Source: Malacoraja senta
Lineage: Eukaryota
Direction: 5' to 3'
NCBI GenBank assembly: GCA_038087875.1
Contig: CM075988.1
Location: 21,206,001 to 21,270,000, forward strand
DNA length: 64,000 nucleotides
The notes beneath the pieces are model-generated. The model ran no database searches, was not told where the DNA came from, and worked only from the letters and a program-made list of their open reading frames with translations. Of the stretch, positions 25,635 through 38,645 are shown piece by piece (the first letter of the stretch is position 1; each line of letters begins with the position of its first letter). Made by a program: the position numbers and the translations under genes.

Positions 25635-26483
25635 TAAGGTGAGAGGGGAAAAAATTAATAGGAACCTGAGGGGCAACTTTATCACACAGAGGGCAGTGGG
25701 TATATGGAACGAGCTGTCAGGAGAAGCATATGAGGCAGGTAGACTAAAACATTGAAAAGACATCTGGACAATTACATGGATTGGAAAGGTTTTTTTTTTG
25801 AGTCAGAGATTACTGCACTTTATCTGGCACTAAATATTTTTCCCTTTATCCTGTAAATGGACACTGTGGACGGCCTGGTTGTCATCATGGACAGTCTTTT
25901 CGCTGACTGGATAACTTGCAACAAAAGCTTTTCACTGTACCTCAGTGAACGTGACAATAGACTAACCTCATCTAGAGGGATATGGGCCACACATGGGGAA
26001 GTGGGAGCAGTGTAGCGGCAGAATTTTATATCGTTCAAGAGATTACTCCCTCTAGCTGCGAAATGGACTACATGGTTAAGGGGAATGTCTTTGTACGCAT
26101 GTAAGCTCTCTGTCGGGGACCTTCAGAGCTTCTTCTCAGATAAATCTTCAAAACACAGTCCATTGATTAATAAATTATTTATTGTTGATGAAAAACAATA
26201 AGGTACATCCAAACTTCTTCCGACTCGTACACTATAATCTTCATCCAACTCCAGCTTATTGCATTAAACATTAGAAAACTCTCCGTGTCTCCGTTGCACT
26301 CCGCATGGTCAAAGGGTAAACCTCCCCCATGCTGGTCCAAAACTAAACTAAAAACTAAGCTTCTGCACAAGAAACTTAGCTCCAAACACGCCCTAAAATA
26401 CGTCATCAATCCCACCCACAATATAGCGGGCAGTCTAAAATTTAAAGACACATGCCAAGCCAAATGGCCACTACAAGCAGTTT

Positions 26484-26975
26484 AGACAATAGACAATAGG
26501 TGCAGGAGTAGGCCAACACCGCCATTCAATGTGATCATGGCTGATCATCCCCAATCAGTACCCTGTTCCTGCTTTCTTCCCATATCTCCTGACTCCGCTA
26601 TTTTTTAAGAGCCCTATCTAGCTCTCTCTTGAAAGCATCCAGAGAACCTGCCTCCACCGCCCTCTGAGGCAGAGAATTCCACAGACTCACCACTCTCTGT
26701 GTGAAAAAGTGTTTCCTCGTCTCCGTTCTAAATGGCTTACTCCTTATTCTTAAACTGTGGCCCCTGGTTCTGGACTCCCCCAACATCGGGAACATGTTTC
26801 CTGCTTCTAGCGTGTCCAAGCCCTTAACAATCTTATATGTTTCAATGAGATCACCTCTCATCCTTCTAAACTCCAGAGTGTACAAGCCCAGCTGCTCCAT
26901 TCTCTCAGCATGTGACAGTCCCGCCATCCCGGGAATCAACCTTGTAAACCTACGCTGCACTCCCTCAATAGCAAG
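26484..26975 (-). mobile_element. CR1 LINE 3' fragment
   Basis: QRRFTRLIPGMAGLS...RRMRGDLIETYKIVKGLD. Confidence 0.92.
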
Positions 26976-28304
26976 AATAACACGTTTAGATGGGACATCT
27001 TAGTCAGCTTGGACGATTTAGGCCAAAAGGCATGTACTGTAGCTGTGCTCAATGACTAACTCATACTCGAATTGAGTGCTTCTATGTTCAAATTTGGCAT
27101 TATTTGCCATGAGTTCCTTGTCCGTGACACAACTTTTGGAATCTGATGAAGTTTATTCTCACAACGTGGAAAACATGCTTCAAACTGAACAAAACTACTT
27201 GGCATCGTAGTTTAGTTCAGGTTACGAAAGATACTTCAGTCTGAAGAAGATGTCCCGACCCGAACCGTCGCCCGTCAATGACCTCTGGAGGTGCTGCCTG
27301 ACCCGCTGAGTTACTCCAGCACTTTGAATGTTTTTGTGTAAACCGGCAACTGCTGGTCCTTGTTTCACCAAACTTCAGTAGGTATCTTACACCCAGAAGC
27401 AAGTCGGCTCCAAGCCAAAATAATTTAGCTGTAACTACTGAATATTCCCATGAAGATTCTCGAATCGCGGATTCATAACTTGTCTACTGACAAACATACT
27501 GAACCTCCAATTACATTGTTCTAAACCTCTCTACATCACCGTCTATATCTCTCGTTTCCCCTTCCCCTGACACTCAGTCTGAAAAAGGGTCTCGACCCGA
27601 AATGTCACCTATTCCTTTCCTCCAGAGATGCTCTCTGACCCGCTGAGTTAGTCCAGCTTTTTGTGTCTTTCTTCAATAACATTGAACTGCCCAATGGATA
27701 AGGCTCCAATCTGGATGGCGGTTGGATTACCAATTGATGGCTACCTTGAGCAAATATTGCCTGTTCGTCTCTATCCCTCACCAAACGTAGAGTTTGTTGG
27801 GCAAGAAGCAAGCTGACAGTGGAGAAAGACAACTTCCTCAATTCACCAAGAAGTATCGCGCAATTTTCCTGCTACAATATCTAAGCGTTTATTAATTGCT
27901 GAATGGAGGAAGGAAACAATTCAAGCCAGTTATACGACTATCAAGTTCTGGAGAAGAAAGAGGTCCCTGATGCTTGTTCCAACGCTCGTTCAGATGAGCT
28001 CTTGCTGATAAGCTTTTTCATTGCCTCTATAGGCTAACCGATTTGTTAGTTCCTGAACCACTATCTAGCTCATTAGAGATCCTTGGACTATCTTTGCCCA
28101 GAAACATCAACCTTATCTGGAATTTGCTTGCTATGAGCATCAAGGATTTTGAGGCAGCAAATTCCAAAGATCCACAGTATTCACTGAAGAGAATCTCTCC
28201 TCTCTGTGTTCAGCGATCAATTACTTCTCCTGAGAATGTCCCCGATTTAAACCTTCCACCCTGAGGAAATAGCCTTGCCGTATCTATCTGCTACAGTTTT
28301 ATTT

Positions 28305-29037
28305 ATTTTTAGAGATACAGTGTGCAAACAGGCCCTTTGGCCCATGGAATCTGCGCCGACGACCATTCACCCCGTACACTAATTCTATCCCACACACTAG
28401 GGACAACTTACCGATGCAAACTAACCTACAAACCTGCACTTCTTTGGAGTGTGGGAGGAAACCGGAACACCCGGAGAAAACCCACGTGGTCACTGGGAGA
28501 GCGTTACAACTTCAGTACAGACAGCACCGGGAGTCAGGATCGATCCCGGGTCTCTGGTGCTGTGAGGCAGCAACTCTACCGCTGCGCCACCATGCTGCCA
28601 TCAGGGTCCAGTATTTGGTGAAGTCACACCTTGTTCCTCTACAGTCTCCCACGTCCACAGAGCAATCTTGCTTCAGTCCCTCGCATCTCTCTAGTATCTC
28701 TTGTCCTTCACTCTAAATTTGGTTTAGTTTAGTGTCTTTAGTTTTAATTTAGAGATACAGCGAAGAAACAGGCCCTTCAGCCCACCGAGTCCGTGCTGAC
28801 CAGCGATCCCCGCAGATTAACACTATCCTACACACACTAGGGACATTTACATTTATTTCAAGCATATTAACCACAAAGCTGTACATCTGTGGAGGAAACC
28901 GAAGATCTCGGAGAAAACTCACGCGGTTACGGGGAGAACGTACAAACTCCGTACAGACAGCACCGGTAGTCAGGATCGAACCCGGAGTCTCTGGCACTGT
29001 AAGGCAGCAACTCTACCGCTGCACCACCGTGCCGCCC
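28305..29037 (-). mobile_element. Two HE1-type V-SINEs (28305-28600 and 28745-29037)
   Basis: Each has a tRNA head, V domain and tail. Confidence 0.88.
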
Positions 29038-30377
29038 TTGGTTGTAACAAAATGCCTTGCAATGCTGGTGTGGAACTGTTTCCTACTGTCCTACAACCAT
29101 CAGAACCTTCTGAAGAAGGGTCTTGACCCCAAACATCACCTCTTCCTTTTCTCCAGAGATGCTGCCTGACCCGCTGAGTTACTCCTACATTTCATGACTA
29201 TCTTTGGTGTAAACCTGCCTTCCTACAGGTTCTTAAATCGACTAATCGTACTAAACCTAAACCTAATCACACTAAAACCTTATCCTACCTTGGCAACAGA
29301 AGGTCCCGCCTCTTGCACCTCCATGGACCACAAAACAAAAACAACTTATGTGCCTTTTCTTTTCCTGTCTTGCAGAATTTAGTATAATTTATGTTCTGTA
29401 TGTTGTCTGTGTTTCTGCCTGTGATGCTGCTGCAAGCAGGATGTTCATTGTACCTGTACTTCACCGTTCCTGTGTGCCCATGGCAAGGAAACCCGACCAG
29501 ATGCCACCCACCTTCACAGTTCTTAACTTTGCCTCTCAGCTCTTTCCACTCCTACTTTGGCATCGGAGGCAATTTCTGATGTTATTCCATATTCTGTATC
29601 ATTCAGACCGATCAGCAATCACTGCCATGCACTACCTCACGGAGTCACAGAGCCAAACAGGTCAGAAACAGGCCCTTCGGCCCATCTAGTTCAGCCACTG
29701 TTGGTGTACTGGGCCACTCCCATTTCCCTACATTTGGCCCATATCTCTCTAAACCTTCTCTATCCCATATATCTATCCAAATGTCTTTTAAAAGTGTATA
29801 ATGAAGCTGATTTTTTTAATGATAATAGAATGAGTCCTAATTATGATGTGATACATCTATTATCTTTAGAAGTTCAGATCATTTTCTCCAGATGTTGGTA
29901 TGAAGTGCATGTAGTTGGATTAAATGAACCTACCATTTACAACTCTGTGGGTGCAATCCCTAAATTAGCATCTCTAAACGTTAGTATCAACCCTGCAAGT
30001 TCACTGCTATAGATCGGAACTGGAATGGAAAGGATTAACTTAGAGAACTTGGGTGGAGGCAGCAGCAAAGGTATGGCTTATTGTGCTGCAAAGGTGATAC
30101 AGATTGTTCCAGGGTTGGACACAATGCTGTAGGAGCAGCACTCAGGGAGAGAATGCTGAAAGGTTCATCCGTTGTAGGCAATATGGATAGAACTCTAAAC
30201 TGAAAGAGGTGCCATCTCTCTGGTGGGATTATCCTATGGTGTCAGGGGTTATGGGGAGAAGGCAGGAGAATGGGGTTAGGAGGGAAAGATAGATCAGCCA
30301 TCTACCTTTGGAGTTGACTTGATGCGCCGAATGGCCTAATTCTGTTCATGAAACATTGCAAGGGAAGGTAGCCTTGG

Positions 30378-30577
30378 NNNNNNNNNNNNNNNNNNNNNNN
30401 NNNNNNNNNNNNNNNNNNNNNNNNNNNNNNNNNNNNNNNNNNNNNNNNNNNNNNNNNNNNNNNNNNNNNNNNNNNNNNNNNNNNNNNNNNNNNNNNNNNN
30501 NNNNNNNNNNNNNNNNNNNNNNNNNNNNNNNNNNNNNNNNNNNNNNNNNNNNNNNNNNNNNNNNNNNNNNNNNNNNN
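30378..30577. other. Assembly gap (200 N)
   Basis: Run of exactly 200 N, typical of a fixed-length placeholder for a gap of unknown size. Confidence 0.99.
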
Positions 30578-30885
30578 TGCATAAATCTGAAACAAAATTG
30601 TACCATTGTTGATGTAGAACACGAGGGGAAAAAAAGCTATTTAAACAAAATGTCAAAAAGTCTGAATTTATACGCCTGCACACTCGGGTTTCAATTGAAC
30701 CAAGCTAAGATGTCCGCTGATTCCTCTATAAACTCTTGCCCTGCGACTCTCTTCTTTACGCAAGGATCCGTCACTCTCCATCATTTCATTCCATCAGTTT
30801 GTTTCTCTTTCTGTACCTCCCGTTTGTTTTTTGTTTGTTTTTTTCTTCCTTCCTTCCTCCAACAATCATTAATGTATCTTGGCAG

Positions 30886-30924
30886 CCTGCTGACTGGAAC
30901 CAAGGCTGGAAGGAATTGGAAACT
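30886..30924 (+). CDS. Candidate alternative NCAM1 exon (39-nt cassette PADWNQGWKELET, or short terminal exon)
   Basis: About 85-nt AG-free pyrimidine tract, then ggcag|39 nt|gtatgt, with AATAAA at 30942-30947. No homology support. Confidence 0.35.
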
Positions 30925-32297
30925 GTATGTGTTATGAACTGAATAAAAACTGTGCTTTAAAGTGTTGCATCTGGAACAGCGACAAAGAGTTTCGTACAAA
31001 AGTTATTGTTGATTTAAAGTTTAATTTGAAAGATAAAAAGATTTAAAATGTAATTTTTGAAGAGAGTCATGTTCCATGAATGAAGCCCCAGGTGCTTTTG
31101 CTGTATTTTGCCAATTAGTATTTTAGTTGTTGTTGCAAGCACACGCAGACAAAGCTTATCTCAATACAACAGCTTGATTAAATATGTTTTAATTTTCCAC
31201 CAGTTTGCTGGCATGTGTACTGGAGGCTTCTGGAAGTGTCAAGTGTTTTTTTCCAATGCTTTCTCTCACTGCTTGTAAGCAAGTTACTGTAAACCCTTGA
31301 TGTCTGTCTGGCTGCTTATATGGTAGATTTGCCTTATATGTGGAGAACCTAATTTGATCGTAGTTTTTAACAGATGTTTTTAAAGAAGTGTCTTGATAAC
31401 CAAGATTTATGAAGGTAGTGTTAAGATTTGCTGAAGATGCACAACTGACTAAATTCTATTTCCTTAAATAAACAGTTTTCACGAAGAGAAAGTTAGTTCT
31501 TCTCTACGCATTTTTTTTTATTTATTCGATTTCATAATTCATGTCCCTGTTAACATTATATGGCTGAGAATCATATTTTTCATTAAAACACAACGCAGCA
31601 ATGAAATCAATCTTGTATAGAGATCTTTTAATTGTGCGGTCTTTGGCAGCATCTGAAAACGAATGTGCTTATCTAAACCTCTCAAAAACAGAATCAGGAT
31701 GTTCCTGGAAAGATTTGGACAAATTCAAGGCAAAACATGTTGTTCGCTCCGGAAAAAACAGCTTTATATTTCTGCTGAAAACTCTTGTTGGGTTAATCTT
31801 TGCTCATAATTAATGGGTGATGAGATGTTAAATATGAATTGGTGACGCATTGAAAAAACATGTCTGTATTGTAATCACAAAGCATGATATCTGCATTGTT
31901 CCGACTTGGAATTTGCAGCTGGTGACGTTTCTAACTTTGTCCTTTCTTTGGCTAAAACTTTTTTTCCACAGAAAAGCATCCGATAAACACTTTACTAATC
32001 TAAACAAGCGACTTAACAGGAACGATAAGGTAGACAAAAAATGCTGGAGAAACTCAGCGAGTGAGGCAGCATTTATGGGGCGAAGGAATAGGCGACATTT
32101 CTGGTCGAGACCCTTTCCTCAGGCTGTTATAGGCGACGTTTCGAGGCCTTTAACAGAAATGATAATGCAGTTTTAACTCCAACAGCAATGATATCTTTAA
32201 GCAGTGCCCCGTCCCACGACACATGTGTTTATTGGATGAGATTTCGTTGTTTGGAGAAAATTAAAATGAGTGCAGTTCAAATTGGTTGAGATCAATA

Positions 32298-32642
32298 TGC
32301 GTAGGAAGGAACCGCAGATGCTGGTTTAAACCGAAGATTGACACTAAAAGCTGGAGTAACTCAGCGGGTCAGACAGCATCTCTGGAGAAAAGGAATAGGT
32401 GACGTTTGGGTTTAAATCCTTCTTCAGACTCAATGGGTGACATTTCGGGTCGAGACCCTTCTTCAGATGGGCCTCGACCCAAAACATCACCTGTTCCTTT
32501 TCTCCAGAGATGCAGTCTGACCTGCTGAGTTACTCCAGCATTTTCCTTCTTCCAGAGATGTTGCCTGTCCAGCTGAGTTACTCCAGCATTTTGTGTCTGT
32601 CTTCAGTGGAAACCCAGCAGTTAAAGCAGTTCCTTCCTGCAC
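32298..32642. repeat. Cluster of Penelope pseudo-LTR fragments in both orientations
   Basis: Repeated ctggagtaactcagc / gctgagttactccagc units. Hammerhead core on the minus strand at 32439-32466. Confidence 0.8.
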
Positions 32643-33697
32643 ATTGAATGGCGGAGTAGACTTGATGGGCCGAATGGCCTAATTCTCCCCCTATAACCTA
32701 TGAACGCACAAACTTGGCCATTTATTTGTTTTCAGGGTCTTCATTTGCCAGGGGCCAGCAATTATTGTCCATCCCTAATTTCTCCAACGGAGGTGAAGCT
32801 GAACACATTGCATAGACTCTGCTGCAGATGGGATTTGAACCTGGGTTTCTGGGGAGCTTGTTCAGATTAATCTCGTAATTTAACTACTGCATCACCACAG
32901 CACACAAAGCTTTTACTGGAAGGCACAAAATGAGAAGATAGGAAGGAGAAACCTTGAGCACGATAACCTGTGGAAAAGGAGCATCTTCAAGTCTAGGCAT
33001 TGATCACACAGCAAAGTAATTTCCATGCTTACATCATTTTTAAAAATATTATTACATATCCTACAGGGCACAATTCATGGTATCCGCATCATGTGCAAAA
33101 ATAACCTATTTATATTTAATTGGTTTTGTACAAATCAGCAAGTATTTAACAAGATTTTGCATGCCAAATCCAAATGTATTTATCCTACATGCACGGATAT
33201 TCCCCGGCTGAAATGATATTAGTACGAGCGTGTTCCATCTTATTTAACAACAACAATTCTTGCCCGGCAATAATCGACTGTGACAAATCACAAATCACAC
33301 AGAGCAAATCAAGGGGTCAACCACCAAACTGCTGATCATTCCGTGACAAGGGATTGAATCATTCCGAGTTGATGCCAGTGCCAAATGCAATTTGTGCATC
33401 TTCTCTGTCAACAAACAGCAGGAAATTGGGTTGCACTGAGGCAACTTGATCTCAGCCAAAGATAGGCGCAAAAAGCTGGAGTAACTCAGCAGGTCAGACT
33501 GCATCTCTGGAGAAAAGGAATAGGTGACGTTTTGGGTCGAGGCCCGTCTGAAGAAGGGTCTCGACCAGAAATGTCACCTATTGAGTCTGAAGAAGGATCT
33601 TAACCTACAAGCTTTCTACATTCATACACTCCCCGTCCCTTTACTCCGACACCTCCCTCCACTGAAAGTCAGCTAACCAGTTCCATAGATCGCAACA

Positions 33698-34022
33698 GGG
33701 CGGAACGGTGGCGCAGTGGTAGAGTTGCTGCCTTACAGCGAATGCAGCTCCGGAGACCCGGGTTCGATCCCGACTGCGGGTGCTGTCTGTACGGAGTTTG
33801 TACGTTCTCCCCGTGACCTGCGTGGGTTTTCTCCGAGATCTCCGGTTTCCTCCCACACTCCAAAGAATTACAGGTTTGTAGGTTAATTGGCTTGGTGTAA
33901 ATGTAAAAATGATCCCTAGTGCATGTAGGATAGTGTTAATGTGTGGGGATCGTTGGTCGGCGCGGACCCGGTGGGCCGAAGGGCCTGTTTCCACGCTGTA
34001 TCTCTAAACTAAACTAAACTAA
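33698..34022 (+). mobile_element. HE1-type V-SINE (tRNA head, V domain, CR1-like tail)
   Basis: A box TGGCGCAGTGG, B box GGTTCGATCCC, V domain ggagtttgtacgttctccccgtg, tail (aaact)n. Confidence 0.92.
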
Positions 34023-35554
34023 AACAATGGGATCCCATGCCAACAATTGGCCTATCGGGGAATCTCCCCGCCTGTGGTCATTTGTTGCTGGCCCTGATTT
34101 GTCCTGGTCTTTTCCTTCCCCCAATCAGTCTGAAGAAGGCCCAACACAAAATGTTACAAGTTCACAATTATAGGAGTAGAATTAGACCATTCGGCCCATC
34201 GAGCCACTCCGCCATTCAATCATGGCTGATCTCTGCCTCCTAATCCCATTTTCCTTCCCTTCTCCCCATAACCCTTGACATCCGTTCTAATCAAGAATCT
34301 GTCTATCTCTGCCTTAAAAATATCCACTGACTTGGCCTCCACAGATTAACTACCCTCTGACTAAAGTTCCTCCTCACCTCCTTTATAAAAGAGCGCTCTT
34401 TGATTCAGAGGCTATGCCCCCTGGACTCTCCCACCAGTGGAAACATCCTTTCCACATCCACTATGCCTTTCATTATTCTGTAAGTTTCAATGAGGTCCCC
34501 CCTCAACCTTCTAAACTCCTGGAGTTATCTATCCATTTTCTCCAGAGATGCTGCCTGACCCCTTGAGTTACTCTAGCATTTTGTGATAGACCGGTGTAAA
34601 ATGGCCTAATTCTGCTCCTATCACTTATGTACTTGTGAACGATCTTTGGCATAAACCCGCGTCTGCAGGTCCTTTTTAATAACATTCCTTCTATTCAGAT
34701 CCAGACAGGTCATCCATCATTGACAAGTCTTCACCACCATCTCATGAATCTTTCAGTCACTCTCGGCTTCCGCTGTTTCATGCACATTTCTCCCTCCTCT
34801 CTGCAACTTATTCCTAACCTTTCTTAACCCCTATAAATCACCAGCAGCCTTGGTGAGTTACTCCAGCAGTTTGTGTCTATCTTTGTTATACACCAGCATC
34901 TGCAGTTCCTTTTTATTACATACCACATCCCTCCAACTGTGTGCTGGCCAGAATCACATACAATTTCCTTCGCTCCATAGATGCTGCCTCACCCGCTGAG
35001 TTTCTCCAGCATTTTTGTCTCCCTTCGATTTTCCAGCATCTGCAGTTCCTTCTTAAACGTCACATACAATACTCCAGGTTTTCCTTAACCACAAGGCTAG
35101 AACATAGCGACATGAAGTCCCTGCTCTTGTACGCTGCACCTTAGCCGATGGAAAGCTTGCCTTCATCTGCTTTCTTCACCCCCCCCTCTCCCCTGATGTT
35201 TCAGATTGTTTTCAGACATTCATGGACTTGTACCTCAAGGATTCTCTGCCTATCTCCTCCCCAAAGGTCTCTACTGTCATCAATTTCCAACAGGCAGATG
35301 AATAAAAATGCTCAGAAATGTCAGAAAAGGCATCATGATGTACTCACACCCTTCATAGCTGTGTCACCCTTTGTCTTCTGATGTGGTTTGAGAGGAGCTT
35401 AATAATAGTCTTAAGCCAGCATTTGTCACATCTTGTGGCCACGTCGCATTGATCATAAGCAGAGAGCTGTGCAATCTCCTCTGGCATTGAGAAATGGCTG
35501 CCAAAGACTAGAGGGCGCAGCTTTAAGGTAAGAGGGACAAAGTTTAAAGAATAT

Positions 35555-36680
35555 GTTTAGTTTTTAGTTTAGAAAATACAGCGTGGAAACAGGCCCTTTC
35601 GGTCCACTGAGTCCACGCCGACCAGCGATCACCCGTACAACAGTTCCATCCTGCACACGCAGGACAATTTACACAAGCCCATTAACCCACAAGCCTGTTC
35701 GGCTTTGGAGTGTGGGAGGAAACCGGGGCACCCGGAGACAACCCACGGGGTCACGGGTGGAACATACAAACTCCACCAGTGGTCAGGATCGAACTTGGCG
35801 CTGTAAGGAAGCAACTCTACCGCTGTGCTACCATGCCGCCCACAACATTTCTGCGAGGCAACTTTTTTACACGCTGCTTCCACTGCATATACATCTTTTC
35901 TTAAATGAGGGGACCATTGCTTGGTTCTCACTAACCTCCCCCCACCCCCCAATGCCGGGTCCTTCTTTGTTCTCAATGGCCCTTAAATGCTGTAATAACT
36001 GAAGAACTGCCTCTCCACCCTTTCCCCTTTCAAATGATAGATGTTTGGTTTGCTTTCTTGAATACCTGCTGTGACTGCAAAAAGCCTGTTACAGATTGTG
36101 CAGTAGATTACCGTGGCCTGTCTGGAACTCAGAACCCTGCAATCCCACGCCACTAGGATAGCTTGCTCTTATTTACTTCTCATTTCAGAGAGAGGTCTGC
36201 CACGTTATCCCCTGTTTGCCAACTCTGCTCACTCTACTGAGCCTAACGTTGACCTGACTCTTCTGCAAGTTAGTATCCTACCTTTGAATATAAAATTGTA
36301 GTGTTTAATAAAACACGCTACAATTGTACCACAACGCGAGTCATCAGCAAAGTTGGCAGCATTCCCATTAGCACCTTTATCCAAGTCATTTGCATAGATT
36401 GCGGGACGGTGGCGCAGCGGTAGAGTTGCTGCCTCACAGCGCCAGAGACCCGGGTTCGATCCTGACTACGGGTGATACCTGTACGGAGTTTGTACGTTCT
36501 CCCCGTGACTGCGTGGGGTTTCTCCGGGTGCTCCGGTTTCCTCCCACATTCCAAAGACGTGCAGGTTTTGCAGGTTAATTGCCTTCTGTAAATTGTGCAG
36601 GATAGAGCTAGTGTAAGGGTGATCGTTGGTTGGCGTGGACCGAAGGGCCTGTTTCCGCTCATTGTCTCTAAACTAAACTA
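35555..36680. mobile_element. HE1-type V-SINEs (35555-35840 on -, 36401-36680 on +)
   Basis: Oppositely oriented copies about 560 bp apart. Confidence 0.85.
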
Positions 36681-36786
36681 CATTTGTAAAATATTGAGGC
36701 CCTCAGGATTGATCTAGAGAACCCGTTGGGTTCTGCCAACCAGAAAAAGACCCGCCATCAAACACTAACCACTAAACACTGGTGGG

Positions 36787-38210
36787 GGTAACCTTTTCAC
36801 ACAGAGGGTGGTGGGTGTATGGAACGAGCTGCCAGAGGAGGTAGTTGAGGCAGGGACTATCCCAACGTTTAAGAAACAGTTAGGCAGGTACATGGATAGG
36901 ACAGGTTTGGAGGGATATGCCCAAAACTCGGGCAGGCGGGACAAGTGGAACTGGGACATGTTGGCCCGTGTAGGCAAGTTGGGCCTGTTTCCACACTGTA
37001 CGACTCTTGTGACTATGACACACCAATACGCTACCTGCACCACTGTGGACTATTACATTCTCCAGTAGCCTTTGATGCAGCAGGTGAGATGAAATACATC
37101 TGATAGTTTCAAAACTGACTGCTGGTTTTCCTTGCAAAGCTTTCCTGCATTAGATAACGATTCTTTCTCAGAGCTTCAATTCCATTATCATCTCAAATGT
37201 CAGATTGTAAGAATATGATGGTTGAAAATGTAATTTGCAGGAACCTTCATTGCAGAAGTTTTCAATTCTCCTGTAATGTCAGACCAGCTTTAATAACACT
37301 GGCAGTTCACAGATGAAAATCCATCTCTAATTTTCAATGTACTGCCGTGACACAAAGGAAGTAATATGATTCTAAGGCATAAATTGCGCTTTAAAAAAAC
37401 TACCAGTCTTTTCAGAAGTCATACAAAAGTGGCATTAACTGTCCAAATGTTTGGCAGCAAAAATTGGGAGAAATTCTAGGAATGGGTCCCACCGATAGAT
37501 ACTGGACAGTTTTCTTACAGAATAAAGTACACTCTCATCAGATTTTTTGCTGCATTTAGTTATCCAGAGTTCGATGAATTCAGATTTATTTCATACTTTG
37601 CATGTGTTGTCCATTGCCTTGTGTTTAGTCAGCCTGGCATATAAGATTACAGCACAGGGACAGGCCCTTCGGCCCACAGTGTCCATGCTGGACATGATGC
37701 CAAGATGGACTAATCTCCTCTGCCTGCACGTGATCCTTATCCATGCATGTGGCCACCTCAAAGCTCCTTACATGCCACCATTGTAGTTTCCTCCTCCACC
37801 ACCACCCCCGGCAGCACATTCCAGGCACTCACGGTGTGAAATAACTTACCTCGCACATCTCCTTTAAACTTTGCTCCTCTCATCTCAAAGCTATGCCCTC
37901 TGGTCTTTGATGTTTCCGCCCTGGGTCGAAGGTTCTGAGTGTCATTGCTTCTCAAAATGTTATATTCTTTGTTATGTTATCGGGTCTCCCCTTGACCTCC
38001 GACGTTCTAGAGAAGACAATGCAAGTTTGTTCAACCTCTCGTTATAGCTAATTTATACCCTCCAATGCAGGCAGCAGTCTGATGAACCCCCTTTCTGCAC
38101 CCTCTGCAAACCGTCCACATCCTTCCGGTAACGGGGGCGACCATAGCTCCACGCGGTACCCCAACTTGCTGAAAGCAAGAATACCGCATGCCTTTTTTAC
38201 TACGCACTCT
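36787..38210. mobile_element. CR1 fragments (36787-37018 on +, 37640-38210 on -)
   Basis: VGVWNELPEEVVEAG and TRGHSF motifs, CR1 3' tails. Confidence 0.8.
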
Positions 38211-38645
38211 ACCAGCGTAGAAACTTTAGGAGAGTCTTTTCGTAAGAGATAGATGGGAATGGGCATTAAATCAATCCATTCCAATGTGCTCTTCATATAT
38301 TTGTAGTGATGGATGTTTCTACGAAAAACATTAACATCAGATCTTGGCTCCATGTTACAGGAAAGATGTTGTCAAGCTACAAAGGGTGCAGAGAAGATTT
38401 ACGAGGATGTTGCCTGGACTCAAGGGTCAGAGGTTGAGTAGGCCGGGACTCTATTCCTTGGAGTGCAGTAGGATGAGGGGAGATCTTATAGAGGTGTATG
38501 AAATCATGAGAGGAATAGATCGGGTAGATGCACAGAATCTCTTGCCCATGGTAGGGGAATCGAGCACCCGAGGACATAGGTTTACAGTGAAGGGGAATCG
38601 ATTTAATAGGAATCTGAGGGGTAACTTTTTCACACAAAGGGTGGT

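Noticed and set aside
29880..29965. YEVHVVGLNE...GAIP resembling NCAM1 exon 14
   Set aside because: Only a short chance match. Lacks WKPE, the conserved Trp context, QQGKS and suitable splice sites.
30302..30937. ORFs spanning the N run
   Set aside because: Artefacts of translating through the gap.
31204..31292. Hydrophobic phase-1 mini-ORF after ttttccaccag as a GPI exon
   Set aside because: No small-residue omega site or spacer and no homology; hydrophobicity is explained by T-rich sequence.
33705..33775. tRNA genes at SINE heads (also 36408, 45575, 47875, 53830)
   Set aside because: A/B boxes are fused to SINE bodies and tails and no complete cloverleaf is evident.
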